A DNA stretch of 64,000 bases, taken from NCBI GenBank assembly GCA_963665235.2, contig CAXXLX010000002.1, positions 256,001 to 320,000 of the forward strand, in the 5' to 3' direction. Below, piece by piece: positions 39,354 to 51,100 of this stretch; position 1 is the stretch's first letter, and every line of letters starts with the position of its first letter. The stretch comes from Candidatus Poribacteria bacterium. Its GTDB lineage: Bacteria; Poribacteria; WGA-4E; WGA-3G. The notes under the pieces were generated by a model. That model was not told where the DNA came from and made no database searches. It saw only the letters and a program-made list of their open reading frames with translations. The translations under genes and the position numbers were made by a program.

Positions 39354-40832
39354 CTACTCCGCTAGTGTAACGAGGGCGGTCCGGATAATCCGTTTTCCAT
39401 CTTTGGATTGCAGTCCGGGTGAAATGACTTCAACGATTGTGTCGGTTTCAAAGTGGCTATCGTGTTTATCCTTAGCTTGGTGATGCTCGGGCGAGAACTT
39501 TGTTTTTCCTGGTTCGATTGGCATGAGTTCATAATCGATGAGTCCGAGGAACCAATTCAATCGCTCTTGCTCTGCGCTTGACAGGTTATGCTTGACGACA
39601 TTTTCGTAGAGTTTTTCCTGAACAAATTTGACCAAGAACTTTTTGAAAGGCAGGACATCAACTTTTTCGGCATGTTCCTGTTCAAGGCCTGCCAATTTTT
39701 CCGAAAAACGTTGGAGGTAACGTTCACAGTCCTTCTGGATTGCCATCAACTCCTGTTCAGTTTTCGCGTCCTTGTTGGGACAGAGTGTAGGGGGTGGTGC
39801 GTTAACCCCGCGGGTCTGTCTGAGGACTGCTTGTAGTTTTTTCTCAAGGGTTTCAAGGGTTTCAGATAGTGGGTTGCTATTTTCGTCTTTTGGCTTAATA
39901 GCCTTCTTCCAATCAGTCAATTCATTGACCATAAGATTCAGGAGGAGCACTGCGGTCTGCTTTTCGTTAAGCATTTCAGGTTCCCAGCTGTTGAGAGGAA
40001 GTCCGCGTCCCTTGTTGTAGCTATTCTCGAGTTTCGCCAGTTTTGCCTGAAACTCTTCCTGTATGCGTCGGTTTTGTTGAAAATAATAGGTCTTATTGCG
40101 TTTTGACCCGGTGAATACGTGCCAGGCACCACGCATTTTGCCAAAAAGTCCTTTGTCCTCTTTAAAGGCTTCAGCACGGGGCGGTATGAAAGTGATTTGC
40201 TGCATCTGCTCTGTGCCGCTTTTCGGGAGGGTTGGTACCTTGATTTCAAATTTCGGTGTCATATCCAACGCTGGTTCGCTGCTTTCAGATTTGGGCTGTT
40301 CAATCGGTTTCGCTACAGGTTGGGTGTGTGTATCCGGTAGTTGTCCATTCTGTTTTATCTGCGAAACTTCCGGTACGGTGTCCTGCGCTTCTGTTTGAAC
40401 CGCTGCCGTTGCGTTTTGTTCAGGCTGCAGCGTTGAGTCGCTTCGGTTTACTATCGCTTGTTGCGCGTTCGGTGCCGTTTCTGGCACAATTGTAGAGGTA
40501 TCAGGTTCACTCGCCTGTGGCGATTCTTCCCGAATTCTCTCTAAGTCCTCTAATATTTTCTCAGTATAGGTCGAAATCGGTTGATGGTCATCGACGTAAA
40601 ATGTCAACCGGTGGGACTGCATGACTTCGGCAGGCACGACCTTAGACTGTTCTTCACCAGCTAGTTGAAAGGCTGTCCAGTTGACACGCCCACTCAACGG
40701 TTGCCGTTGGTACATGACCCGCAGCCGTCTTTCTTCAACCGCCTGGTTTGCAACGGTCATAATGATTTTGGGCCCGTTGTAGGTGAAACTCACCTTAATA
40801 TCTCGGAAACTCCCAGTTACACTGCTCATCAC
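39354..40832 (-). CDS. Hypothetical protein with a C-terminal GrpE-like domain
   Basis: Low-complexity linker and coiled coils, then PIEPGKTKFSPEHHQA...TIVEVISPGL...IIRTALVTL. Confidence 0.65.
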   Translation of the reverse strand: MMSSVTGSFRDIKVSFTYNGPKIIMTVANQAVEERRLRVMYQRQPLSGRVNWTAFQLAGEEQSKVVPAEVMQSHRLTFYVDDHQPISTYTEKILEDLERIREESPQASEPDTSTIVPETAPNAQQAIVNRSDSTLQPEQNATAAVQTEAQDTVPEVSQIKQNGQLPDTHTQPVAKPIEQPKSESSEPALDMTPKFEIKVPTLPKSGTEQMQQITFIPPRAEAFKEDKGLFGKMRGAWHVFTGSKRNKTYYFQQNRRIQEEFQAKLAKLENSYNKGRGLPLNSWEPEMLNEKQTAVLLLNLMVNELTDWKKAIKPKDENSNPLSETLETLEKKLQAVLRQTRGVNAPPPTLCPNKDAKTEQELMAIQKDCERYLQRFSEKLAGLEQEHAEKVDVLPFKKFLVKFVQEKLYENVVKHNLSSAEQERLNWFLGLIDYELMPIEPGKTKFSPEHHQAKDKHDSHFETDTIVEVISPGLQSKDGKRIIRTALVTLAE

Positions 40833-41135
40833 TAACCTTTCCGCTCCTTTCAGATTGGCTGAAAAAACAGAGATTTTTCATAATTCTTCGGCTATTCCTA
40901 TCAACCCGCCTGCAATAACGGCCGCAGGCGGTGCAGAAGTCGCCACGATTCAAAATTGTTGAAAGGGGCCCGAACGGGATAACTAACCTACCCAGTTACG
41001 AACCTACCCGTGTTCGTTGCGTAAAATAAGATAAATTCATTCGGGCTTCCCTTTCATGCGTGCCTTTAAGGCGCGCACTTGAAATTACACGCACCTATCC
41101 TATTTATAGACGATATGTATGGTACGTGCTATCCT

Positions 41136-41240
41136 TATTCTCTACATTTAACGTCTCATAATAATTTGGGTTACAGATACGCGTGCTTTAAGGCGCACTA
41201 TTCTCTACATTTAACGTCTCATAATAATTTGGGTTACAGA
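41136..41240. repeat. ~42-bp direct duplication
   Basis: TATTCTCTACATTTAACGTCTCATAATAATTTGGGTTACAGA occurs twice. Confidence 0.8.
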
Positions 41241-41259
41241 AAAAATTGATGTTTCCTTA

Positions 41260-41625
41260 TTGACTATTGGCAAGAGGTTGTGATTCTAAGCAGGTTTTTG
41301 ACGCGCGTTAGAGATTTCTGGTTGCTAACAGCCGTGTGTGTAAAGTTTTTGTATGTATGTTCCATCTTATTTGTCTGAATCGCGGATTATCATGGATTTA
41401 TCGGATTTCGCGGATTTTAAATTGGCAATTGGCAATTAGCGATTGGCAATTAGCAAGGGGTTTGTGATTCTCAGAACATATCTGAAGCGCGTCAGGGTGC
41501 TCCACGACGGGCGATGAGTTGCCCTACTACTCATTAGCAATTAGCAATTAGCAATTAGCAATTGGCAAGAGATGAAATAAAAATCCTCTGACGCGCGTCA
41601 AGAGATATTACTCTTGCCAACGGCT
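41260..41625. repeat. Heptamer (ATT[A/G]GC[A/T])n tracts attached to a GCAAGAGG..TGTGATTCT...GCGCGT..GAG...TTGC element
   Basis: Copies near 41266, 41449 and 41561; also 34945-35045, 47283-47380, reversed at 29325-29460; heptamer tracts at 45583 and 60155. Confidence 0.7.
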
Positions 41626-41752
41626 TCCAACTGCCAGCGATGCGGTTCGTTGAGGACATAAGTAAGAAATAGGGTTTCTTCCCCGTCATCTTTGGATGAG
41701 CATGTTCCCAAATGGAATGGTCAAGCTTTTTCATCGTCCCGTTTCTTCCCCG

Positions 41753-44700
41753 TCATCTTTGGATGAGCATTTTTCGGGTTGCAGTAAAATTTGGGGTGGA
41801 AAGCTGATAAAAATAGATACCGTTGGCAACGTGTTCGCCTATTGCGTTGCGTCCATCCCAATACGCGATATGTGCTCCCGCTTTTTGATGACCAAGCTGG
41901 TGCTGGTAAACACAACGCCCATGCACATCGTAGATGGATAGTGTGACAGGGGCCGCTTGGGAGAGTGAATACGGAATCCATGTTTCCGGGTTAAACGGAT
42001 TCGGGAAGTTTTGCGATAAGCGATTTTCATGTTGCCGCCACGCCGTGGAAAGCACATCCCCATTTTTCTGCATGGAAATTACGGATTGCTCAACGGCAAG
42101 GTTGGTTGCCTGTGAATGGGTGCGAAAGCTGCGAAGTTCATACAGGTCGGAAACGTAAACATCGGAATTCCCTAACGCTAAAGCGAATGGAAAGCGGAGC
42201 TGAGAAAAACGGGAAAGACGTTGCAGTGTGTCTGTATCAATTAGCTGAAGACTCTCACTATCAAGCAGGTAGAGAACGTTGCCATGGACAGCCGCATCAA
42301 TAGGGAGATGTGTATCAACATATTCCGCGCCCGGTATCGGTTCATGTGGATTGCTGATGTCATAGGTCAAAACAGTGTTGCGGAGGCCATCCAGAACGTA
42401 AGCCCGCTCGTTAGCGAGTGTAATGTTGGTAGCGATGCTTTCTGTTGCAAAATTATTGCCAATCGGTTGCGGCGTGGCAGGCTCCGTAATATCAAAGGGA
42501 TGAATGCCCCCCGCCAGTGCTGCAACATAGGCGTGTGAATCGTTGATTGCGATTCGGTAAGCACTTCCCCGTACGCTGCGTTGTGAGACGATTCCGTAGT
42601 TCTGTCCGGTGTCGACAACAATCAATCGGGTTGCACATAGATAGGCGTATCTGTCAATAAGTGCAATGTCGGAGACAGGGGTTGCTGTGGGAACATAGGC
42701 AATGGTGTCGCCTGTCAGTAGGTTAATGACGTGCATACCGCTTTCTGTCCCGACATATCCGATGTTATTTTCACCTCGGACACTCAGGGCATTGGGGGGA
42801 CTATTTTTGGAGACCCCCGTCAAGGGGATGTGCTGTGTCACGCTGCTTTTGGCAGGTTCGACTAAATTGAATTCAACGATTTTGAGTCCGGCGGTTCCGT
42901 TTGCGACCGCGACAGTTGTTTTATCGGCGGAATCGGTGAGGATATCAAGTCCATAAGGCGTGTCGCCTGCGTCATATCGGTGTATCCAATCGGGGGTGTG
43001 AGGTGTTGTAACATCAATTGTCTGAATGCCGCTGGTACCTGCGGCGAGATACACGTAAGTTGCGGTGTCCAAAGGTTTATAGAGTGCTACATCGGTAGCG
43101 TGCCCTGCGGTAAACTGTGAGGCGAGGAGGCGTGGGGTGTAGGGGGTTTGCACATCCACAATGTGGAGTCCCGCCTGCTCGTCAGCGAGATAGACTAGTC
43201 CCCTATCGAACAGTACGCCTGACACGCGGCCTGGCGTATTCAGCCGTGAAATAGTGTCCGGTGCCGAGGGGTCACGGACATCCACAATTTGGAACTCGCC
43301 AGTTGCGACGTAGGCGTAACGGGGCCCGATTTGAAAATCGAGTGAGACGACGGGGACGTTGCCATTCGGGTCAAATCCGCCAAGCGGATTGGTAGTCAAG
43401 ATTCGAAACCCGTGGCTGTTATCACTGATATAGACAATATCGTCTTTAACAGCAAGATGCTGTGGGGTGCCCGCGAGTGTCCAGATTCGACGGGGACGTG
43501 GGGTTTGCATTTGGTGTGCGTCCTTCTCGTCAAAGACCCAAAGTCCGCGCTGTGTACCGAGTGTGTAGAGTTTACCGTTGTTGACCTGTACGCGGCGGAC
43601 ATCCTGAAACCCCCCGAGCGTTTTGAGGAGACGCGGTTGCATCGGTAAATTCACATCGATGAGATGTACACCTGCCTCGCCATCTGCTACGTATACTGTC
43701 CCATCACGAAATGCGACCGCTTGGGCGTTTCCGGGGGTTGCGATTTCACCGACGCGTCTCGGTACGGGGGTTAGCGCGAAAATTTCTAAACCCCAGTCGC
43801 TTGCTGTATAAGCTATGTCTCCATGGATGACGATATCCTGATAGTTGCTACAGAGGTGGATTTGTGTGAGCGGCTCTAACCTAGTCCCCCCAGGGGGAAT
43901 CATACCCTGTTGAAAATCATTGGAAACCGCTGCGCTATTAGGGGCATAGGTTACCGTCTCCGGTAGTAGTTTTTCCAACGTCATCACATCAGGTGGCAGG
44001 AGTGTCGGCCCTTCGTTCTCCCCTTCATCGGTCCCCCGCTTTGCGACATAACTGAACGTTTGTGCATGGGGACTCGTGACGATTAAGACGATTTTGCCGG
44101 CACGGTTTAATCCTTCGGTTGAACCGATGGAAACCCGATAGGTGTAGATTTGCTCTGGCAAAGGCACTTCCCCTTCGTTTGCAAGGAGAATATCGAGAAT
44201 ATCGAGGGGGGACACACGCGGAACCGCTGTGAGGGTGGCAGGCGACCTATTCGGTGGCAAATATGCAATTTTGGCATGGAGTGGCAGCGGCGTAGATGTG
44301 TGCAGCGTAAGTTCCAACGTCTCGGGAAGATTTTCAAAAAGTATGTAGTGTGTTTCCCAATTGGCGATAGGGACACGAGTGCCTGTTTTCGGATAATTGA
44401 CAACGCGTTGGTAGCCTGTACCTCACTTTTCGGTTGGGTAAATTCTGATAGGACAGGTGCTGCCCATGGAGCGGATTGTTTAGGTAGTTTGCAAGCCCCC
44501 AGTCGAGAAAGACATCGGTGAACCTTCTGTTTTCGCCGAGTGTGATGTCAATGGCATGCTGTCCGAGCATATCTTCCGCTGCAAGTGCGCGAATAAACTG
44601 GACCCCGCCGTAGTTTTCATAGAGGTAGAGGATGAGCATAAATGCAGCACCGTAGTAGACATCGAGCGTATTGGCGGTTGTGAGGGATACGTTCGGGTTT

Positions 44701-45431
44701 TTGAGGTAGTTGTCAACGAATAAGGTGTGGACAGTGCCGTATACACCCCATTCAACGAAGGAGGCAATTCCTTCCTCTAACCACCGTTGGTCAACTGTGC
44801 CGCCATTTTGGTACCAGTTAACGAGGTGTGCAAATTCGTGCGCGAGGCTGCTATAGAAGGTTTGCCGGGCACGTTCCCGGAACTGAAAGATGTCCATAAA
44901 GAGTATATCGCGCCGATTACTGTTGGGAAGGGTTGGCTGTAGGTCAACAGGTGCAAAATAACCGCCGTAGTCGCGTCCAGAGGCATTCATACCGACATCA
45001 TGCATTAAAATAGTTATCCGATTGTCGCGGTCGAGGCCGGGTTGCGTTTCAGCCCCCATCCAATGCCGAACGCTTGGATATATCCGCGTGTCAAACGTTT
45101 TTGCAATAGCTGCCGCTTCAGCGTCGGTTATCATAGCACGTAGCGAATTTTCGACATAGATGTAGCAGTGTTGCCCGATGGCGATGCAAGTGGCTGTGAT
45201 AGACGTTTCCGGGATGTGAATAAAAAATCGGTCTATTTGTCCTAATAACGCAGGTGCTGCTGGTGCAAGAGGGGGTATGTCAACGTCTGCTTCGTTATTA
45301 TGATGCTCGTGTGCAATGAGCAGCGGGGTGCCGCACTGCCACGGTTCCGCGTGAAGGAGCGGGGCAGTCGTGAAAAGGATTAAACTGATTGTTAGTAGTA
45401 CTAAACTTTGGACAATTTTATGAGTTTGCAT
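41753..45431 (-). CDS. Secreted zinc metallopeptidase plus LVIVD repeats plus C-terminal FlgD/Por-secretion-like domain, split by a frameshift near 44420
   Basis: ORF 44334-45431 has a signal peptide, LAHEFAHLV and WLEEG. The frame of ORF 41753-44317 is open back to about 44422. It contains YVADG..G..IVDV..P repeats and NFPNPFNPETWIPY...WDGRN..GE.VANGIYFY. Confidence 0.8.
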
Positions 45432-45612
45432 TTGCGTTGTTTTCTATAAACATATCGCCTGTCTGGGGCTAGTTTGCGTTTTGTTTGCGTTTTCTATAAA
45501 CATAACGCCCATACTGGGCTAATACCAAATTAACGTTCTCTATATTAACCTAATCAGAAACCTATTTAGAATCTGAAACTCTTGCCAATTGCTAATTGCT
45601 AATCGCCATTTG

Positions 45613-47262
45613 CTACTCTACGATTTGGATTACCTGATTCGGTTTGACATTCGTACGTTTGTCCACAATACCGCTCGGCCAAACGACCTCAATTTTTTGA
45701 ATTATGCTGTCCTGTTTTATGCCGAAGGTGGGGTTCAATTCACTCTGTGAGCAGTAGCTTGAACCGGTTCTGACAGTGCGTGTCTGTGTGCCACTGGCGG
45801 TTGTCACTTGTATGCGTGCGCCGATGCCGTCGCGATTGCTTTTTTGTCCGAGAAGTTGGATTTTTATATAATTGTTTCGATTTCCGCCATCGTTTCGGAA
45901 GAGATGCGCTGGCCCGCCCGATGTTGTAAGCAGCAGGTCCAAATCGCCATCGTTGTCAATATCGCCGTAAGCTGCGCCTCTACCCACAAATTGTTTTGCC
46001 ATGTCTGGGCCCATCTTATCGAGAATGTCGGTGAATGTGCCGTTTGAATTGTTATGAAATAGGTGCGGCTGTTGTGCATAGGTGACTTCGTTTTGAATGG
46101 CGTTGATGTCAGTTTCAACGTGTCCGTTGGCGGTAAAGATGTCAAGTTTGCTGTCTAGGTCTACGTCAAAGAAGAAGCAAGCGAAAGTGAGTGTCAAAAG
46201 CGTTACGTTTCCTATTTGTGCGGCGGGTGCGTCGTCAATAAAGAAGTCGCCTTCGTTGTGATAGAGGTTGAGCATCTCATTTGAAAAGTTGCCGATAATT
46301 AGGCTCTCCCTGCCGCTGTGGTCGTAGTCGGCGGCATCGACCCCCATGGCACCGGTAGCGATGCCGCTTTCATTATAGGCAACGCCTGTTATCATTCCCA
46401 CCTCAATGAAAGTGCCATCGCCGTTGTTCTGATAGAGTTTATTTGGTTGCGTATCGTTCGCTTCAAAGATGTCCAGTAAACCGTCCATATTGTAATCTAG
46501 GATGCAAACCCCGAGGGATTTACTGGTGGGGTCACTGATGCCTGCTATCCGTGAGACATCGACAAAGGTGCCATTTCCACGATTTTTAAAGAGTTTACTC
46601 GCTTGCCCGGTATAAGATTCGGGGGTACAGTAGGATTTATTTATGCCATCGAGGGTGCAGAAGATGTCTGTCTCTCTGTGCCATTCGACGTAGTTGGCGA
46701 CGTATAGGTCGAGGTATCCGTCGGTGTCGTAATCGAACCATGCACAACTGGTGCCGAACCCGGTATTGTCAATGCCAGCTATTTCCGTAACGTCGGTGAA
46801 TCCATCCTCTCCGTTGTTTTGAAAGAGTCTATCAGCGTTGAGGCAGGTGATATAGATGTCGGTATCGCCATCGTTATCGTAATCTGCGACTGCGGTGCCC
46901 ATGCCGTAAAGCGGGACAGCAAGCCCTACTGCTTCGGTTACATCGGTGAAGGTGCCATCTTTGTTGTTGTGGTAGAGTGCCATGGTTTGTCGTTTTCCTG
47001 TTGGGTGCTCTGGCCAATCCTGTCCGTTGACGATAAGAATGTCCAACCAGCCATCTGTGTTATAGTCAATGAAGGCACAGCCTGAGCCCATCGTTTCAGG
47101 CAGATATTTTTTTCCATAAGCCCCTGTGTTATGGACAAAGTCTATCCCCGCTTGTTGGGTGATTTCGGTAAATTGGAGGTGGACTTGCCCTATGGACGTA
47201 TTCGCTGTCAGTAGGCAGTGTAGACAAAAGATGGTAAAAAAGCTAGATAGATGCGGTCTCAT
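45613..47262 (-). CDS. CRTAC1 / ASPIC-UnbV family FG-GAP repeat protein
   Basis: ETMGSGCAFIDYNTDG, several DYDNDGD repeats, GRGAAYGDIDNDGDLD, SNRDGIGARI...FG...WPSG. Confidence 0.92.
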   Translation of the reverse strand: MRPHLSSFFTIFCLHCLLTANTSIGQVHLQFTEITQQAGIDFVHNTGAYGKKYLPETMGSGCAFIDYNTDGWLDILIVNGQDWPEHPTGKRQTMALYHNNKDGTFTDVTEAVGLAVPLYGMGTAVADYDNDGDTDIYITCLNADRLFQNNGEDGFTDVTEIAGIDNTGFGTSCAWFDYDTDGYLDLYVANYVEWHRETDIFCTLDGINKSYCTPESYTGQASKLFKNRGNGTFVDVSRIAGISDPTSKSLGVCILDYNMDGLLDIFEANDTQPNKLYQNNGDGTFIEVGMITGVAYNESGIATGAMGVDAADYDHSGRESLIIGNFSNEMLNLYHNEGDFFIDDAPAAQIGNVTLLTLTFACFFFDVDLDSKLDIFTANGHVETDINAIQNEVTYAQQPHLFHNNSNGTFTDILDKMGPDMAKQFVGRGAAYGDIDNDGDLDLLLTTSGGPAHLFRNDGGNRNNYIKIQLLGQKSNRDGIGARIQVTTASGTQTRTVRTGSSYCSQSELNPTFGIKQDSIIQKIEVVWPSGIVDKRTNVKPNQVIQIVE

Positions 47263-47428
47263 AGTTATTAGCGATTTGGCTCATTGGCAATTAGCAATTA
47301 GCAATTAGCAAGATGTTGTGATTATAACACACAATATGACGAGCGTTAGAGGGTTTAAAATACCTCTCTTGCCAATAACCAATAGCCAGCGAAGCTATAG
47401 GTTTCCAACGGTTTCCAACATTCTACTA

Positions 47429-48124
47429 TTACCTTGCCTTGAGTGTTCCCCAGGTTGTTGTGAGTTTGTTTCGTGGCATGACGGGTCGCGCTTTTCCGGG
47501 CCCCCCGTTTGGGATATTTTCGCCTTTGATTGCTACGTCATCAAATCGGGCTTGTGCATTTTGAACAACAAGTCCGGCGAGTCCGCCTTTTAGCGGGTCA
47601 TCATCAATAACCGTGAAGACCTCCTCGTCAATCTGAAATAACAGGGTACCATCTTCCTGAACCGCGGCGGTCAGTTCGTACCATGTATCAAATTCTGATT
47701 CGAACCAGTATTTCCTAGAAGACCACCCGGCGGCCTGTGATTTGACAATTTCGACTGTATTCTCTACGTAATGAATAAAAAACAGGTATCGGTTATCTTC
47801 ATGTCCCCTATCGTGGAGCGTGAGTCCGATGCTTGGTTCGTCCTGCCTTTGTTCAACGAGTTTTGCTCGGCAGGAAAGGGTGTAATTTTCCCAAGTGAGT
47901 TCGCCTGTCATCCAGAGGCTCATAAACCCGGGGAGGAAGATTTCGCCGACAGCTTCGTTATTGTTAATCCACCATTTTTCGACCTGGCGGTCTAGGTTAA
48001 AGATTTCCCATTCTTGGGTGTTGTTGTCTTCGAAGTCGTCACGCCAGGTTCCTGCTAGGACACACGGATTGAGAATTGTGGCCATAAGGAGCGTTATGGC
48101 TATAAAAATTGTAAGGACTTTCAT
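47429..48124 (-). CDS. Secreted ConA/DUF1080-like beta-sandwich protein with a lineage-specific C-terminal motif
   Basis: Signal peptide, WRDDFED, GLAGL...ARFDDV, C-terminal PVMPRNKLTTTWGTLK. Confidence 0.7.
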   Translation of the reverse strand: MKVLTIFIAITLLMATILNPCVLAGTWRDDFEDNNTQEWEIFNLDRQVEKWWINNNEAVGEIFLPGFMSLWMTGELTWENYTLSCRAKLVEQRQDEPSIGLTLHDRGHEDNRYLFFIHYVENTVEIVKSQAAGWSSRKYWFESEFDTWYELTAAVQEDGTLLFQIDEEVFTVIDDDPLKGGLAGLVVQNAQARFDDVAIKGENIPNGGPGKARPVMPRNKLTTTWGTLKAR

Positions 48125-48147
48125 GGGTTTTCCTTTCTTTGCACAAT

Positions 48148-51100
48148 CTAACAGATTATGCCATTGGAGTGAATTAAACAGTTTTGTGTCTCATCAGCAT
48201 AAGGGCAGAAAGGGCAGTGTTGTAGGTTTTTCTCGAGCTGCTGTTGCTGTAAGTCAGCGATGCGTTTCTGCCAACGTTGTGCGAGTTCCGCCATCTCCTG
48301 TAGGTGAAAAGAGGTGGTAAAACAGGTTTTTGTGCTGGTAAAAAAGAGATGGACGGTTACGGTTTTTTGTTTCGGATAAAGTTTGTGAAGTAGGATGCCG
48401 TAGAGTTCCATGAGGGGTCTATCCGCATTACCTTCTTCCACCCGGTGTTCCGTTTTGTAATTGATAATCTGCCAGTGTCCAGCTGCATCCTTAAAAAGCC
48501 TCGGAAGGTTTCCGGTGAGGATGTGTTCTCCTATTTGGACGTGAACTGTCCGTTCGGTATAGGTTTCCGCAGCAGCGAGTGCAGTTTTTCCGAGTTCAGA
48601 GATGAGGAAGTTATCCGCATGGGTGCGGAGAACAGTGCCATTGGGCAATTGATACTCTTGAGAGACCTTGCGAATAACTGCGTCGAGATTGCGTATAGCG
48701 GCAGGCGTTTTTATTTCTCGCAGGACGCGACGTACGACAAAATCCATGTCTATTTGATAGGGCAATTGGTCATTGGCAAATGGCTGTGTATCGGTCCCCT
48801 CGGTTTCAGCGGTTATCTCTTCGTCCGCGGGGACGTGCGGCGGGAGGCGCAGGACATGTTCCAAGTAGTATCGTAGTGAGCATTGAACATAGCTAGCAAG
48901 TTCATCAACAGAGAGGGACGTACCAATTACGGTGGGTTGCAAAACGTCTTTCGGTGCTGCAGGGAATTCAACTTCGGGTGAAAGAGATTCTTCAGAGTCA
49001 ATATCCTGTAGGGCTCGGTGTACCGGAATAGGAAGTTCAAACCTGTGGCTGCTTGTTTGGTTATTATGGAAGACCTCTAATTCGACATCGAAGTTCCGCG
49101 TCTGGTCGGTTTCATCGATGCCGAGGTGTGTATGGAGCCACTCAAATAGGTTTTGCGGTTTTCCGCTATGAGAGAGGGCCCCGGATAAGATAAGCCTATC
49201 CCGTGCGCGGGTTGCTCCGACGTAGAACAGCCTTTTAGTTTCGGCTTCCTCTTTGGCACTCTGACGATTTTTCATTTCAGCAACGACGTAGGGTTCATTT
49301 TTATCGTAATTCTCTGCGGGTTTATGTGTGCTGAAACCGATGCCGAATGTTTCATCGATGAAAGGGGGCTGCGTGTTTCTCGAGCCCCGGTCAAGGCATG
49401 GCAGGACGACGATGGGGAATTGTTTCCCTTTGGCAGCATGAATCGTCATAATTTGAACTGTCCCCCTGTCTGCATCAACGGGTGCCTCACTCTCGCGAAG
49501 CTCGTCCGTAATTAAGATGTCCAGAAATTTAATAAAATCTGATAGGGTTCGTGTGTTTTCATCTCTGTCGAAATTTCTGGCAATATCTAGGAGTTTTTGG
49601 TAGTTCGCCCAACGTTGCTGTCCCTTTTTGCCCGTTTTCAAGGTTGCAATCATGCCTGTTTCATTAACTACGGTTAGGATGAGTTGGTTTATTGGGATGT
49701 GTTGTGCAACCTGCATGTGGCGTTCTAGCGTGTCTATGGCGTTTTGGAGGTGCGTTGAGCGGGGGTGATAGTTCTGTGCTTTGTCCCAGAAATTGTTTGC
49801 TCCCTTCTCCTGTGAAATCTCGTAGAGTTCGTCGTCGGAAATACCGAAGGCGGGTCCGCGGAGGATTCCGATGAGCGATACGTGAGGGGTTGTTTCCACA
49901 CCGTGTGAAATTTCTTGTGCAGTATCAGAAATATCGTCTGACGTGTCTTTTCTGATTTGGACGAGGCGGTCTTTGTGTTTTGTCTGCGCGTCAAGGAACG
50001 TGAGATAGTTCATGATGTCATAGATTTCCTGACGTTGATAGAATCCGATGCCGCCCGTGGTGAGATACGGGATGTCTGCCTCATGAAGAGCGTTCTCAAT
50101 ATCAGGGAGATGCCTTCTGCTCCGGATGAGGATGGCGATGTCTCCGTACTGAATGTTCTGGGGGACTTCATTTCCATTTTCATCAGGTAGCCACACCTTC
50201 TCTTCTGCCGTTACCATTTTCTGGATTTTTCGTGCAATAAGCGTGTATTCGTTGGCTGTCTCGTCGTCCTTTGTTCCACAGAGGATTTCTACAGCACCGT
50301 TTGATTCGGCAGGTCGCGCTTTGGTAAGTGATTCGTAGGGGACCGCAAATTCAGTTTCGCTTCCCTCCCCCATTAGGCTTCCGAAGAAGTGGTTGACGAA
50401 TCCGAGCGTCCCGCGCAGTGAACGGAAATTCTCTTTGAGGGAGATAATTTCGCCGTCCTGCCGCTTTCAACCTTCTGTTTCGTTTTTTCGAACACGCGGA
50501 CATCGGCATTGCGAAACCCGTAAATGCTCTGTTTCGGGTCACCTACGATAAATAGATTTGCGGCTTTGAGGTTATCTGTAAGCAGCATTACTAACTCAAA
50601 CTGCAATTCGTTTGTATCCTGATATTCGTCTATCATGTAGTATTTGTATCGGTTTATCAATTTCTGTCGGATGTCTTCGTTTTGGGAGAGCAGGTCGCGC
50701 GTTTTCACCTGCAAGTCAGTGAAGTCGAGGTGTCCGGTGGAGAGTTTGGCAATTTGGTAAGCGTCGAAGATTCGGGTGTAAAGTGCCAACAGGTCTCGGG
50801 TGGTGCTGAGCAGCAATTCGTCATCTGCCCCTGTCCCTTCGATGTCCTTTATATTGCCTGCGGCGGTTTGTAGAAACTTGATTTCGGTTTCAAGATGCTC
50901 TGCTTTGGTCCGTGTGCCGAGGAAATTCGGTTTCGCAATGGTACCGCCTTTGGTTGTGATTAAAATTGCAATCTCTTTAAGTAGATTAAGCATCTCTGTC
51001 CGGTTGGGTTGCATCACCAGTTTTTGGGTTAAGGTGTTAACCTCTGCTGCATTTTTACCTGTAGCGACCTGCAAAACTGCTTTCAAACACGTTATCCATT

